From contig NW_004798763.1 of NCBI RefSeq assembly GCF_000002075.1, positions 22,765-85,105 on the forward strand: a stretch of DNA of 62,341 nt, in the 5' to 3' direction. Source of the DNA: Aplysia californica. Taxonomy: Eukaryota. Position 1 is the stretch's first letter. Every line of letters begins with the position of its first letter. The position numbers and the translations under genes were made by a program. The notes beneath the pieces were generated by a model. That model was not told the origin of the DNA. It did not search any database and saw only the letters and a list, made by a program, of their open reading frames with translations. Of the stretch, positions 26,028-38,390 are shown one piece after another.

Positions 26028-27006
26028 CTCATTCGCTACGTATTATTTTCGGCTTGTGGACGAATTCTTTTCGGGAGGGCGAAAAGAGATGATGACTAGT
26101 GCGCAGTTCACAGGTCTTTGGGGTCATAAATTCAAATAAATATCAACATATTATATACCAACATTTTCAGTATGGTTTGTAGAATACATCTGCATTATTT
26201 ATTTGCGTATTTTTCAACTTTGGTTCCTGTAAGAGGCGATTATGCAACACAATTGTGATTGGATGCGGATAAAATTGGAAAATAAAAAATTTATAATCTC
26301 AGGTGAAACTAAAAAAATATGTTTGCACCTAGTCAAATGATACTTCAAAATAACCATAACTGTATATAGAACAGGAAAATATTGAAAAATGTGCAGTTAT
26401 TTACATACATTCCATAATATTTGTACATTTGGATCGTAACATCCGATATTGAAAAAAAATATTTTTTAAAAATAATTTTGAAAAAAGGATCACAAACAGA
26501 GAAAAATACGCGTATCTTATATGGAATTATTCAGAATTGCATTTGGAATAAACCTATACATGTCTTGAGTGGTACTTTTTGATTAATTTCACCCAAAAGT
26601 AGTGATTTTGGGGAGAAAAAAATATTTTGACTATTTAGATCTAGGCCTAGATCTAGCACTCAAAAATATTACAGTGCACCGGCAATTTGCGTCCAATAGT
26701 ATCAATATTATAAAGAAGAGTCATACATTTCTTTATTGAGCAAAATAATGATACATTTTGTTGTGTAAAAGTACTAACACTGGTGTCTGGGCTATAATTT
26801 GGGCTTCGCGATAAAACAAAGTCGAATAAACTACGAAATCGTGTTTCAAAACTGAATCAAAACTTCCGATTTTCGGTGGAAACGCTTGACCCGGAAGTCA
26901 ACATTATATTATGACCTTTATTTTAACATGGATATGTGGATTGGAATAGAAACCAAGCTAAAATTGAACGTCGGTTCTCGAGCCGCCGGGGGGCATAGCG
27001 AATGAG
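26028..27006. mobile_element. piggyBac-like non-autonomous element in an RBFOX intron
   Basis: TTAA|CTCATTCGCTA ... TAGCGAATGAG|TTAA: perfect 11-bp TIR and TTAA target duplication; CpG-richer than its flanks. Confidence 0.8.
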
Positions 27007-27238
27007 TTAAGAGTCGTTCTTTTGAAGTGGACAGACTGACTCAGAGAAATAGAGGCAAGCAATTTTGGGAACTTGAATCTTATTGTGTAAAATCTTGCAT
27101 CAAATCTGGTTGGAATGGTCGATATGCATCTACCACTTATGACATTGCATGAATTGAGAGCTTTCTAGACCTATAGCTAGTGTAGAAAGATACAGTAATT
27201 CTTCTTGTATGCCATGTATTTTATTTTCTCTCATTCAG

Positions 27239-27279
27239 CTCCGGTCATAGCTCTGATCTAACAACCTTGTTAAGAATGT
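27239..27279 (+). CDS. Candidate alternative 41-nt frameshifting RBFOX exon (A53-like nuclear/cytoplasmic switch)
   Basis: Strong acceptor attttattttctctcattcag; TGT|gtatga donor; open in the incoming frame; the shifted frame stays open through exons I and J to TAA 28298-28300. Confidence 0.55.
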
Positions 27280-27369
27280 GTATGAGACGAAGAATGAAAA
27301 TTTGCAGTTTGCTGACTATGAAATTAGATGTTGTATGTTCTCTTGCTTAACATTCTGTTCACGTTTCAG

Positions 27370-27436
27370 CTATGGCCGAGAATATGCTGCTGAACCTTAT
27401 ATTGGACACAGTATTGGGCCAGTTGCTGGCTATGGG
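27370..27436 (+). CDS. Rbfox: RBFOX exon I (GYGREYAAEPYIGHSIGPVAGYG)
   Basis: tttcag acceptor in phase 2, 67 nt, GGG|gtaagt donor; protostome-type YGREYA..PY motif. Confidence 0.93.
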
Positions 27437-28218
27437 GTAAGTAATTTTTTTGGTGTTTTTCACAATTCATTGAAAATAACATTGATCTTTTTTTAATTGG
27501 AAGAACTAATTATGTAACTTGTTTCTTTTTTTCTCTCTCGAAGTGTGTTTTTATTTATTTGGGTTTTTTAATTTGCCAAATTATAAATCTGTCATGAAAA
27601 TTGGAAGAGATAATCGCGACCCCAGTGCTTTCTTGTCATCTCAACAAAAAAAAAAAGTGAAAATGTGACATCTTCTTAAGCTCGGTAAGATCTTCTTAAG
27701 CTAACTCTTTGTTATGAACTGTTTTCACTGTTACTAAAAATGGAGATACAAGAAGAAAACACTGGGGTCGTGTAATATTGTGGATTTGTCATTATGAAAA
27801 ACTGAAGGAAATTCTACCACTCCCATTGGTTGTCTTTTAGAATACACCTTTCTTATATTATTTCCTGTCCTTTTCTGAAAATGTCTACAATTTCATAGCA
27901 CTTTGAGTAATTCTTTTGATCTTTAGTAATTTTACATCTGACTGAAATAAAATCTTTCACTAACTTTTACTCTAAAGATTCCCGTGGTGTTTTTACAAGG
28001 AGAACAATCAAGTTTTGGATTTTTTAAACACTACTCTGACAAAAACGCAGTTTAATTTTTATTTCATACCCATGTAATTGGTATGTAGTGATTTTTAGAC
28101 TTGCAGATTGGTGATTGTCTCCTTCTAAATAATGATCTTTACAATTTTTCTTGAATAATAAATTGAAATTTTTGAGTTTGATGTGCAAATATGATTTTTT
28201 TTCTTCTGTTCTTCTCAG

Positions 28219-28263
28219 GCAACCGTGTATCGAGGAGGGTACCAAAGGTTTGCACCTTATTAG
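28219..28263 (+). CDS. Rbfox: RBFOX terminal coding exon J (ATVYRGGYQRFAPY*; PY-type NLS)
   Basis: Long pyrimidine tract and ctcag acceptor; YRGGYxRFAPY followed by a stop is the canonical Fox-1 C-terminus. Confidence 0.96.
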   Translation, partial: ATVYRGGYQRFAPY

Positions 28264-31200
28264 CCCGGGGCATTCTGAACATGTCTTTACTTTGTTATAA
28301 AAGAAAAGCATTATGGGAAAAGGGACACTGAAGGACTCGAAGCAAGCTTCAATACAATTTTCAACGGCAGGGCAGGCACTGACTTCCGCAGTAACAGCCA
28401 CCAAATCAGATCCGACCTTCTCATCTTTCAGTTTTGACTTCCAAACAGTATTTTACGTTATCTGATGTTTCTGCTTTATGTCAAAATGTCATTGGTGTAT
28501 GGCATTAGCTTGTGGGCTGATTGGTGTCTGCTTTTAACCAGTGTGGATCAGGAGACCACGAAGACCAGTAGCTTAGAGTATTGTGTGACTGAGAACTTAT
28601 GTGTTTTACTCTTGGTATGTACTCATTCTTTTATGCCAGACTTGCTGCTTTTACTTTGGGGCTCGAATTGTTGAAAGTGTGCTTGATAGATAGAATGCAG
28701 TTGTGTATGCAAATACTTTGAGTGATAGGAAGTAGGTTTGTTGTAAACGTGGTCAGTGACATAGGTAGAGAAGGAGGAGGTAAGTAGAGTGTGAGTCGTA
28801 GGAGGAAAAAGTTGAGAGAATGTGTTGCTGTTAAGTCAGAAAATACTTCCGAAGGAAATTTGTCCTATTGTGAAAACATTGCATAGAAGTTGTAATTTCT
28901 TCCTGTAGGGAAAACAATCTATACTGGATCTAGTATAAACACTGAGTTGCACAATTGCCATTTTGCATATGAGCTCATTCTTCATGCCTGATCCTGCCAA
29001 TGTCTGCCTCTTCCAGTAAAATATTATCAAAAAGCTTGGGCTCTTCTTTCCTCAGTCTTTGCAACACAAACATTTCAAGTTGCACAGGACTAGAACCTTA
29101 TAGAAGACATGCAGGCTGATTAGTTGGAGCAGGAATCTGTTTACAAATACTCAAACTGTAAGCTTTATTTTGAACAAATTTATCTAGTCAATATGTCTGT
29201 ATATTCTTCCTTGCATATACATAATGATATTTTTCCCTTCTCATGGATTTTTATATGTACAGAATGTTGTTACAGTCATTAGTTGTCCATTGATTGTTAT
29301 GAACTCACTTTCACAGTGTGAGTGCACAGTCCAGTGTTAATGTTTTCATTCAAACTAACATTTTACAAAAATGTTATGGACTCACTTTACTTTTCTCCTT
29401 TTTTTGACGTTTTGAAAGAAGAAAACTGTAGTAACAGAAAGCAGTCATGCAGTTTTGGAAAGAATATGGTTTCTTGTTTTTACGCAGCTATTCAACTTTC
29501 CAAAAAAATGGATCAAAATTCTGTGGACCATGGTCAACGTCATGAACACCACAGCAAAAAGCTACACTTAAATTTTGCTGAAGATTTCCTAATGTAGTGT
29601 GAGAGAGAAGTTGATTTGCCAATTGTCATCAACCCAACTCTAGCAGAGGACTGATTTGAAAAGAAATACTATTATTCATTTTTTAATCTTATTTAAATTT
29701 AAAATGAATCAGTGATGCTGGATTAATGCATTCACTTGTGGCTTAATCAAAACATTGTTTTGCTGGCAAAAGTTCTTTTCTTTGCAACGCAATCTTGCCC
29801 ACTCATGTTGTATTCATTGCCGAAGAGGTAATCCTGTTGAATTTCTTCCTATCATTCTAGGCTGAGTTTGTTACTTTGAGATGAATTAAAGTCGTTTTAA
29901 TTGTCAGTGACAGTTTTTCTGAATACTGTTCCCTTTATCTTTTATGCCAACTCTTTATTTTGTTTTGTTTTGCCATCAAATTTCACTTGTGATTTCGTTA
30001 CTGAAATTAGTAAAAATGTGTGCACAATTTTAAGTCTGTTCAACCCTTGATTTAAGTTCGTAAGGACTTATAACTTTTTAAACTGCTTATTTATGTTGAA
30101 TCTCAAGACTCGTACATCCAGTTCTTCCTTGAATTATTAACTTTGTACAAATGTGCCAGTAATAGTATTCTTCTCACCTAATCTTACATCATTGCTTCGT
30201 ATGTTCTTTGATGTTTTGACTGAAACAGAAATTCCATTACCCCAAAGGGCCAATGTGCATTACCTTGCAATTTTGCAACTAAAGTAAGTATAAGAGCATA
30301 GGCTCACTTTAGAAATCACAAAACAAAAGTATGTTCAGCCTCAGATCTTCATTCCAATATGGTCCACTGTCACAAGGAGAGAAGGAATTGCCACTGACGA
30401 GATACTGTGGAAACATAAGGATTGTTTTTTGTAAGAGTCACTTCGCAATGAATACGCTTTAGACTTAAAAGTAAAATTTGCCCCCCTTTTTGTAAATTAT
30501 TTTTTTCCCCTGATAGTGTACTCCTAACAACAAGCCTGTTCACAGGGAGACAAAAAGTGACTACTTTGCAGTAATCTGGACACTACTGACTACATACTCA
30601 ATGAATTCACTCATAGTCGTTAATTTTGCTGCTACACAAACATACAGGTCAATTGTATCTGTGCACATGATACGATATACTGCTATTCATGATGCACAAG
30701 TTTATATGTATATTACTGACTGGATATAGCTTTGTATACAATGTTTGCTGTTTTGCAGCTTTTTAATACCCTGTTGATGATACTGTTTAAGTTTGAAACA
30801 CTTGAAGAATCAAAATCTAGTTGTCTGGCACACAAACATTTTCTGTTCTCCTGAGATATTCGTGTTTTCCATTTCATGTAGTTGTCCAGAGTGCAATAAT
30901 GAATGCAGCTGTATTGTTGTAGGTAAATTTGCATATCTGTCTTTTTCAAGTTCTCCGTGACGCAAATATGTGACCTCTAACTTAGGTAAATGTCTGCAAT
31001 CATAATGCTGTCTTTTCTGGTCAGCCTATTCAATTTTTTTTTTAGTTTCAAAAATAGAGATTTATCATAAATAGTTATATTCTTTTTTTAAAAAAAAGGC
31101 AGGGTCTTTAGGATCTCTTTTTATCCAGTCAATAGATATTCAACCCGAATGTCAAAATTATAAAATAGTTTATGGATGCATACAATCTGTACTGTCATAA

Positions 31201-34200
31201 ATATTTTGAAAGTGTATGATTTTTTTTTCTTCACCATGCTGAACTAATCTTGATGCACCAGGCAAAGTTACAGAGGGACATTAATTTTTAAAATAAATGA
31301 TTCGAGAAATTATTGAAATTTAAAGAGAGAAAGATCAGTTTCGTATCTTCCTGAGTTGGTTTTTTGCATCTGCTTTTGTTTTGGAGCATTTAATTTTGTT
31401 CAAGAAAGACCAATGTCTTGCCAGTGTTTCATCAACTCCTTTTGCATCGTTGAGCAATGATTAGATGATCGCAGTTTTCTATAAATACCTGCTACTTTTG
31501 AAGCATTGAAGCATTCGTGTTCATTAATGAATCTTCTTTTAGCATAAGTTATCACAATAGAATGATCTGTAAGTAGTTCTTGCGAGGTTGTTTAAGTACT
31601 GGCATACATATGTTCAAGGTTTTAAAATATCTTGCCAAAGAAGAAATTTGAGTGAAAATGTTTCTTATTCATAAATCTGTGTCTCATAGATATCCCACCC
31701 TGACAAAACTGATCCAGAATATAGAGAAAATTGAGTACGGTACTGGCATGGACTAAACTTATTAAGGGGAGACACTACTGAGACAACAGAACTTCTTTAT
31801 GCACAGCTGAAATTGAATACAGTTTTGAGAGATTTATTGGTGATAACAGGGGTCAACTAATTTAGTCTGGTGGACTAATTGACTCTTCAATTCCTACACA
31901 GGGTCAGTTAGGGGTCTCAGGCAGGCAAAATGATATATTCTGGTGTATCAAATTACTCATTCATCATTACGACATAATCATAAAAAATTTCTGTTAGTAT
32001 TCTCTAGAACATTATACTTGCTAATAACGGAGGGAATTATGGGTGTTTCATTTAGTAAAATTTTGGCAGGTAGCTTATATGAGTGGACGAAATTATTGCC
32101 AAGAAAAATCCTGTTTTATTTTTTTAAGAAAATTTTATTAAAAACCTCTTACAAGCGCTTTTGTTGGTTTCCAGACAAATCCCTCTGAAATAAGTACAGG
32201 CAAACACCTACAAACAGTCGTGCAAAATTTTGAAGAGACTGAAAAGACAGATTTAAGAAATTGTGAATATTATATCCCAAGGCTACCCCCTAAAAATATT
32301 TTGCTTTCTGAGGGAAAAAAAAATTCTTGTATGCCAAAGGATAATGTCGCACCAGCATTAAAAAAAAAATTAAAGACCCTTACACCCACCCCTCCTGTTC
32401 AGACTAATTTTAATAACACCCCAACTCCTCCTTTAAAAGAAAACAACAACCCCAAAAACAACTAGTTTTGCAGGTTTGGGACCCAGTTCAATACTTCAGG
32501 ACTTGCTTTTCATTTGAAAAATAAAGCAAATTTAAAATATCGATATATTAGCACCAATGAATGTAAATTATACGCCCTGTTTTCCCTCAATTGATCTGTT
32601 TCTGTTTTGGGGATATTTTGTTAAAAATATAGTATTTTCTCAGCTCAAAACGAAACTGATTTTTTTCCCCTTATGTTTATCAGTAACTTCGTTTTTGTCA
32701 ATGAAAAGTGAAATTTAAAAAATCGGGACATTTGCCACTGAAGGAGGTGAAGGTGTCTTGGTGTCAGGAAAATTAAGCTAGAAAATGGCTGCCAAAATTT
32801 GGTGACATCCAAAGCCTGAATGTTCTTGGAAACCGGAGATTAACATTTTTTTGTGCCTTTGAGCAATGTTTTGTTTCAGTATAATCCACACAAAAATGTG
32901 TTTTTAAATGGACATTGACGGTGTTGAGCCAAAAATTTAAAAATATTCAATGAAAATGGCTCAACAGTTGGGTAAAATGCTGGTTGCTTTAATGTTTTTT
33001 ACATTTGCTTGAATTCACCACATTGTCACACATGATATGTATTTTTCAAGTGAGATACTAATCAAAACCCATATGAAGGACTATGGGAAGCTGAGTTTTA
33101 TCACTTTAATTTAGTTAAAACTCAGAGCAGTCTTTTAAGGAAGTTGGTTTGGTAATTCAAATGGTGGAATCAGAAGATTGCTTTGTTGTTTTTTTAAAGT
33201 ATTATATTACAGGTGAGATATATGTCTGTATGCTTCCAAGATGTTGGTAAAATGGTAAAATAAAAGAGTTGTTTCAAATGGGGAGTTAATCTGGCATCTA
33301 GTGTATAACTTATGGTAAATGTAGATTCGACGCATGGTGCTAAAGGTAACTTGATACAGTTATTCTCCGTGCTGAAGGCTTAAGCCTCCCATGCAAGAAA
33401 AGTCCAGTCAGTTACTACAACACCATTCTTTTCTCATCTCACTAATCACTGCCATTGTGTATCCTGTATGTAGTCATTACTCGATCTAGTCTTACCCAAT
33501 ATGCCCACTGTTACTGCTATAATGTTTTAGTCAAATTCTCATATACCTCAATTTTTTTTTTAACTGTAAAGATTTGTGGCGACAAGATGCTTCCATTCGG
33601 GAACGAAATAAACCATGATTGTCTTCTGATTGTTTTATTACTCACAGAGGGCACTTTGAATGAGACAAGAAATTTTCAGACGATATGACATTTTCTCTCT
33701 TCGTATTATGTCTGTGTTGGTACAGCGCTACTTCAACTATTTCTCATATTATATGTATGATAACTGCTTCAGAGTATCAACATTGGGGTATTTTTATCGC
33801 ATTTACACTTCGTGATACTACGACCATTGAGGATAAATGGAAATGCCAAAGACAATTCACCCCCTCACTATCTTCACATGAATCTGTATGATGATTGTTT
33901 GTACACCACACCACGTGGCTCACTACAGCTGGTGGGGAGGCTCCAATCTGTTGGTTCTTTTAATACCAAAACGTTTTCATATTGTAACGTGAACGCTCTA
34001 GCATTTACAAAATTTTTTCTGTCCTTAATTTCGCAAGTTGTCTTGTGGAGATATTTTATTTCTAATTGTGTCAATAATGAGTTTTTGAAAAGATACTTTG
34101 TATTTATATATATTTTTTGTTGTTGAGGATCTAGTATAGTGTAAATTATTATTTTCTTTATTTGGTAGGTCAAAAAGGAGACTAAGATAAGGATCAGAGA

Positions 34201-36665
34201 CATTTGTAGTTTTTCAATAGTCTTCTCATTGTTAGGATAGTAAATGTCATTAACCTTTTGGCAATGATGAACAGACACACTAATTGAGACTTGAGGTCAA
34301 TGAATTTGACTCCAAACTGCTGGTCTCTCAGAACGGTCTACATTAGAAGACAGGTCTGATTTGAAATAATCAAATTTAAATACAGGAAATACACATGATG
34401 ATTTTGATAAGTTATAATAATTTTTTAAAAACCTGTTTGGTCTATTTGACGACCTTCATGGATCCCAACTTCAACAGATAGTCCTTTTCTCACTTTAGGT
34501 TCACCGGTTCACTTTTCCATTACAAACGTGGCGACATTGTTTTTACCATCAGGAGGTGATGATATTCCTTGCTTTGTCATTATGTCCTGTGCACATCATA
34601 ATTCAATAGGTGTTTTACTTAACATTGCCTGTTCATCTAAAGAAAAGACAAATACTAGCTTTTTTCTGTTTTATACATATTTATATACTTACCAGACATA
34701 TTTATTAATGTTTGTTTTACTCTTCCTTCTCAGTCTGTGTTGAGCCCAGAGGAATAAATCTCTATAAGAGTCAAGTCTTTACAACTTTGTTGTAACAATG
34801 ACAGTCATCTGAATCCATGTATCTGATCTTAAAAGTTGTTGTGGGAAAACTTGCCGACCTCATAAAGATTTGAATCTTTGGTGCTTAACACAACTCAAAC
34901 AGTATTTTATTTATGTGAACTAAACTTTAATGTCCATTTTTTTCCCCCAAGTCTTTTATGAATTGTATACAGTGATAGTTCTTTCTGAAATTGTTAGCTG
35001 TGACATCATTGTTTGATGTATCAAGAAAAGGGAAAAAATCAAATAAATGTCTTCCATGATATTTTGTTACAGTTGCTATGATTATGATTATATTTAATTA
35101 TATTATAAAGATAAAATTCAAAATTTAAAAGATTGTTCTCTGACTTTGTTGGATTTTGTTATCTTGGTGTGAGGTGATTTACTTCAGATTGCTCCTGTGT
35201 TAATCAACTTTCTCTGTCAGGTACTTCTCGTATCTCTTCCTAAGTTGCATGTTCTGATACATTTGTCCTCGTGAACAAGTAAAATATGGACGAACATTGT
35301 ATGTACCTTGAAGATGTTGGCGTGTCCACCCACCCTTCAATTTTCATCTTCAGTCTCCCTGAAACTGGACAATGTCCATATGCATGTCGTGCTTTTCTTC
35401 ATGTTGCTTTTGGGATTGTTTGACATGAATGGCACTAAAATTGCTGTAGTCTAGCGCATGAACTGAAGAGGACACTGAACATTGTGAATACTTGACAATG
35501 CATTTCTCACTTAAAAAACATGAGTCAACATTTACGAAATTGGAAGGAGGGGGAGGGAGAAGAGTTGTTTTTATTCTCTGGAATATTGATAATGCGTAGG
35601 GATTTGAAACCTAAGCTTTCTCGTGGCATTGTCAAGTCTTCAATAAGTTTGTCTCTCTTTGTAGTTGCCCCACACAAATGACTAACCTTTTTTTTTCGCA
35701 CTGGGATTGTTTTCAAAGATGAGAGAGTAATGTAGAAATAAAAACTTGAAGGGAAGTTTGTCTGCTGTGTTTGTTTAACTTATCGGCTCATGCAAACTTT
35801 TTCTTGATTTTTTGCTTTGTTTTATTGCACAGTGCGATGCATCATTGTTTGTGGCAACATTCTTTTTAGCATGAACGCTTGTTTTTGCTGTGGACTACAG
35901 CTTAACTTTTTTTGCAACTCTCCTGGTCTTAACTCATGGTCACGTTTATATATATATGAGAATGCTTAGACAATGAGCAGGTAGTCTTGGAAAGCATGCT
36001 AATAAAAACTTGAGAAGGCAAATGGTTTTTGCCCATGGTTTCTGTTGAGTTGTATTGTTTGAGATGTTTTAACTGTAAATACTATGCATTTCCTCTTAAC
36101 AATTTCCTCTTATGTTTTGACCACACTGCATTGTATCATCATTATCGTGTAGTAGAAATGATAGAACAGTAGCTACTCTTGTACATGATTATTATTTTCA
36201 CTTCATATGGTTTTGTTGAATGATTAGATGCGTTGCATGTTTGGACTCATTTATATACTGTACTTTTTCAATAACGTTGTTCCTTACTCTATATCATGTG
36301 GGAATGTTCAGTGTGTTAGACATTCTGTTTCTTTTCATTGGCTGTTGTCATTGTGGATTTTTTTTTTTTAACATTCTGATGTATGTAATTTTGGAAACTC
36401 ACTTTGCTTTCTTTATGTTTCCTTTCCCTTCCTAAATGCTTGTATAATATATTCTACCCAAGTTGATTAAAAAAAGAAAAAAAAAGTAAAGAGAGCATGT
36501 CAGGGCCTATTTCTTTCTTAAATTTCAGTTGTCTTTCTCAGCTTCTTTGTATGTAAACAACATATTCTTTGATTCACGTGGCTATTTTAGATTCTCAAGT
36601 TTTGAGTTTTGGCGCTTGTAAGAACAAAACTAAAAAATAAATAAACGATTTCTCCTTATACTTCA
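28264..36665 (+). other. Probable long RBFOX 3'UTR with alternative poly(A) sites
   Basis: No further exons; continuous U-rich sense-strand composition; AATAAA near 34753, 35042, 35737 and 36001, and a tandem pair at 36636-36645. The distal end is inferred. Confidence 0.5.
32500..33050 (+). repeat. Old interspersed repeat inside the putative 3'UTR
   Basis: Inverted homology to about 49590-50130 (agctagaaaatggctgccaaa / tttggcggccattttctagct) and direct homology to about 62020-62110. Confidence 0.65.
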
Positions 36666-36690
36666 TGCTATATTTTATTTTTATTTTGGC
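36636..36690 (+). terminator. Distal polyadenylation signal
   Basis: Overlapping AATAAATAAA, a CA about 20 nt downstream, then a U-rich tract tattttatttttattttgg. Confidence 0.5.
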
Positions 36691-37019
36691 GAGACCCGCT
36701 TCTGAATGCTAGTGTCTCATGACATTAAGGTTCACACCACAGATACGGTCATCTTTTAGCCTCCTCAATCAAGTATAAACTTTTTTCAGATCTGTGAACA
36801 TCACTATTCACCGACATGTAAAGATCCTGAATTCTTGACGAAACACTCTACTGCATTTTCATAATCAGGTCCCCATGTTGGCATTCTTTATTGTGCATTG
36901 CATGCAAGATTCATATCTTGATGAGTCTAAATACTTTCAACAGTGCATGAGATTTTTTGCCCACACCCCTGCATGACCACAATTTGATGATGGGATATAG
37001 AGTGTTTGTCTATATTATA

Positions 37020-37051
<32 letters not shown>

Positions 37052-37276
37052 CTCTCATGTTTACTGCCTGCGGTTACTAACATCTACTGCCCAGTCAGAT
37101 GCATGACTATTTCTTTTTGTTTTAGTTGGTGAGCCTTCGTTTCTTTTTTGGTTTTCTTCTGCCCCTATTTTATTGTTCGCATTGAGAATGCGTGTGTGCT
37201 GTGTACTAATTTGGCCACTGTTTTGAGTCTTTTGTCATGATTCGAAACAGTGTTCTGTGAGGTATCATAGAAGATT

Positions 37277-37705
37277 GTGGGTTGTTGGTGGGTGCTCTGG
37301 TGTGGTTTGTTCCTTCTACTTATCAAGCATCTATAATCTTTATCTCCCCTTCTTCTTTTTTATGTTTGTTACTCTCTTGTAACACCTGTAATCTTCTGGC
37401 GCTCATATGACCTTGTGCAGTTGTGAGTGCTGTAAAACCTCTATTAATACAAAAACAAAATATAAGATTCAAGGTTATGTATGTAACATGATGTCTGCAT
37501 TCAAGTTAAGTTAAATCGAGATCAAAAGGCAGTTATGAGTGGGTGGCAGACAGGTGCTGCTGGTGCAGTTTGCTGCTTCTTACCTATCAAACATTTATCG
37601 TCTTTTTATCTTTCCTCCTTTTTTTGTGTTACCTCTTGTAATACCTCTAGTCTTTGGTACTTTTACGACCAAATTGTGTTTGAAGTGCAGTAAATCTCTT
37701 ACGAA
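37277..37705 (+). repeat. Two adjacent copies of the 673-860 repeat family
   Basis: Direct similarity; the second copy is degenerate. Confidence 0.75.
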
Positions 37706-37927
37706 AGCAAATGAAACAAAGCAGATATGTAGCAAATGAAACAAAGCAGATATGTAACAAATGTAAGAGATGTAACAAAAAACGATTGCCCTATCACTAT
37801 CAGGTCTGTTGGGCAAACTGAACAGAAAGCCTGATCTGATTTTGAAGCTACTATCAAATGTTATAAAACGAACTGAACGTGAAAGGTAAAACTATGACAG
37901 TCTATAATAGGCTACATGAATATTGTA

Positions 37928-38390
37928 CAGTCAAACCCCGTCATACTGCCTGTGTTGGTGTTACAGCAGTATTATAACGGGACAGCACCATTTGCCTTAT
38001 TGACCAGTGGTAAACTGGTAAAGTCGAGAGATAAACTGTAGCCGGTTTTGCCTCGTCTAGATCTGTCTGGAAAGACTGTCATGCACAGGGAAAATGACAA
38101 GCAGAAACCAATTAGGCTTACATGTACAGTTCCAGCTAAACTTTGCGTAAATTCAAATCGAAAGAATTGGAGTCACTGATTGATTTGATCTCAGTCACTC
38201 AGTGTCAGCAAACAGCCCACTGGAAAAGGGTCTGCGGTAATATACATTGTAGTAAGCTGGAGATGCAATGGTAGTTGTAATTTCCCTTGATAATGGTTAT
38301 AACAGGACTTGCTTATAATCAGGGAAAAACTGCAGGTCCTATATTATATATATATACATTTGTATGTCATGTTGTATCTGAGTTTGACGG
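37928..38390. mobile_element. TA-target MITE
   Basis: TA|CAGTCAAAC ... GTTTGACGG|TA. Confidence 0.55.
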
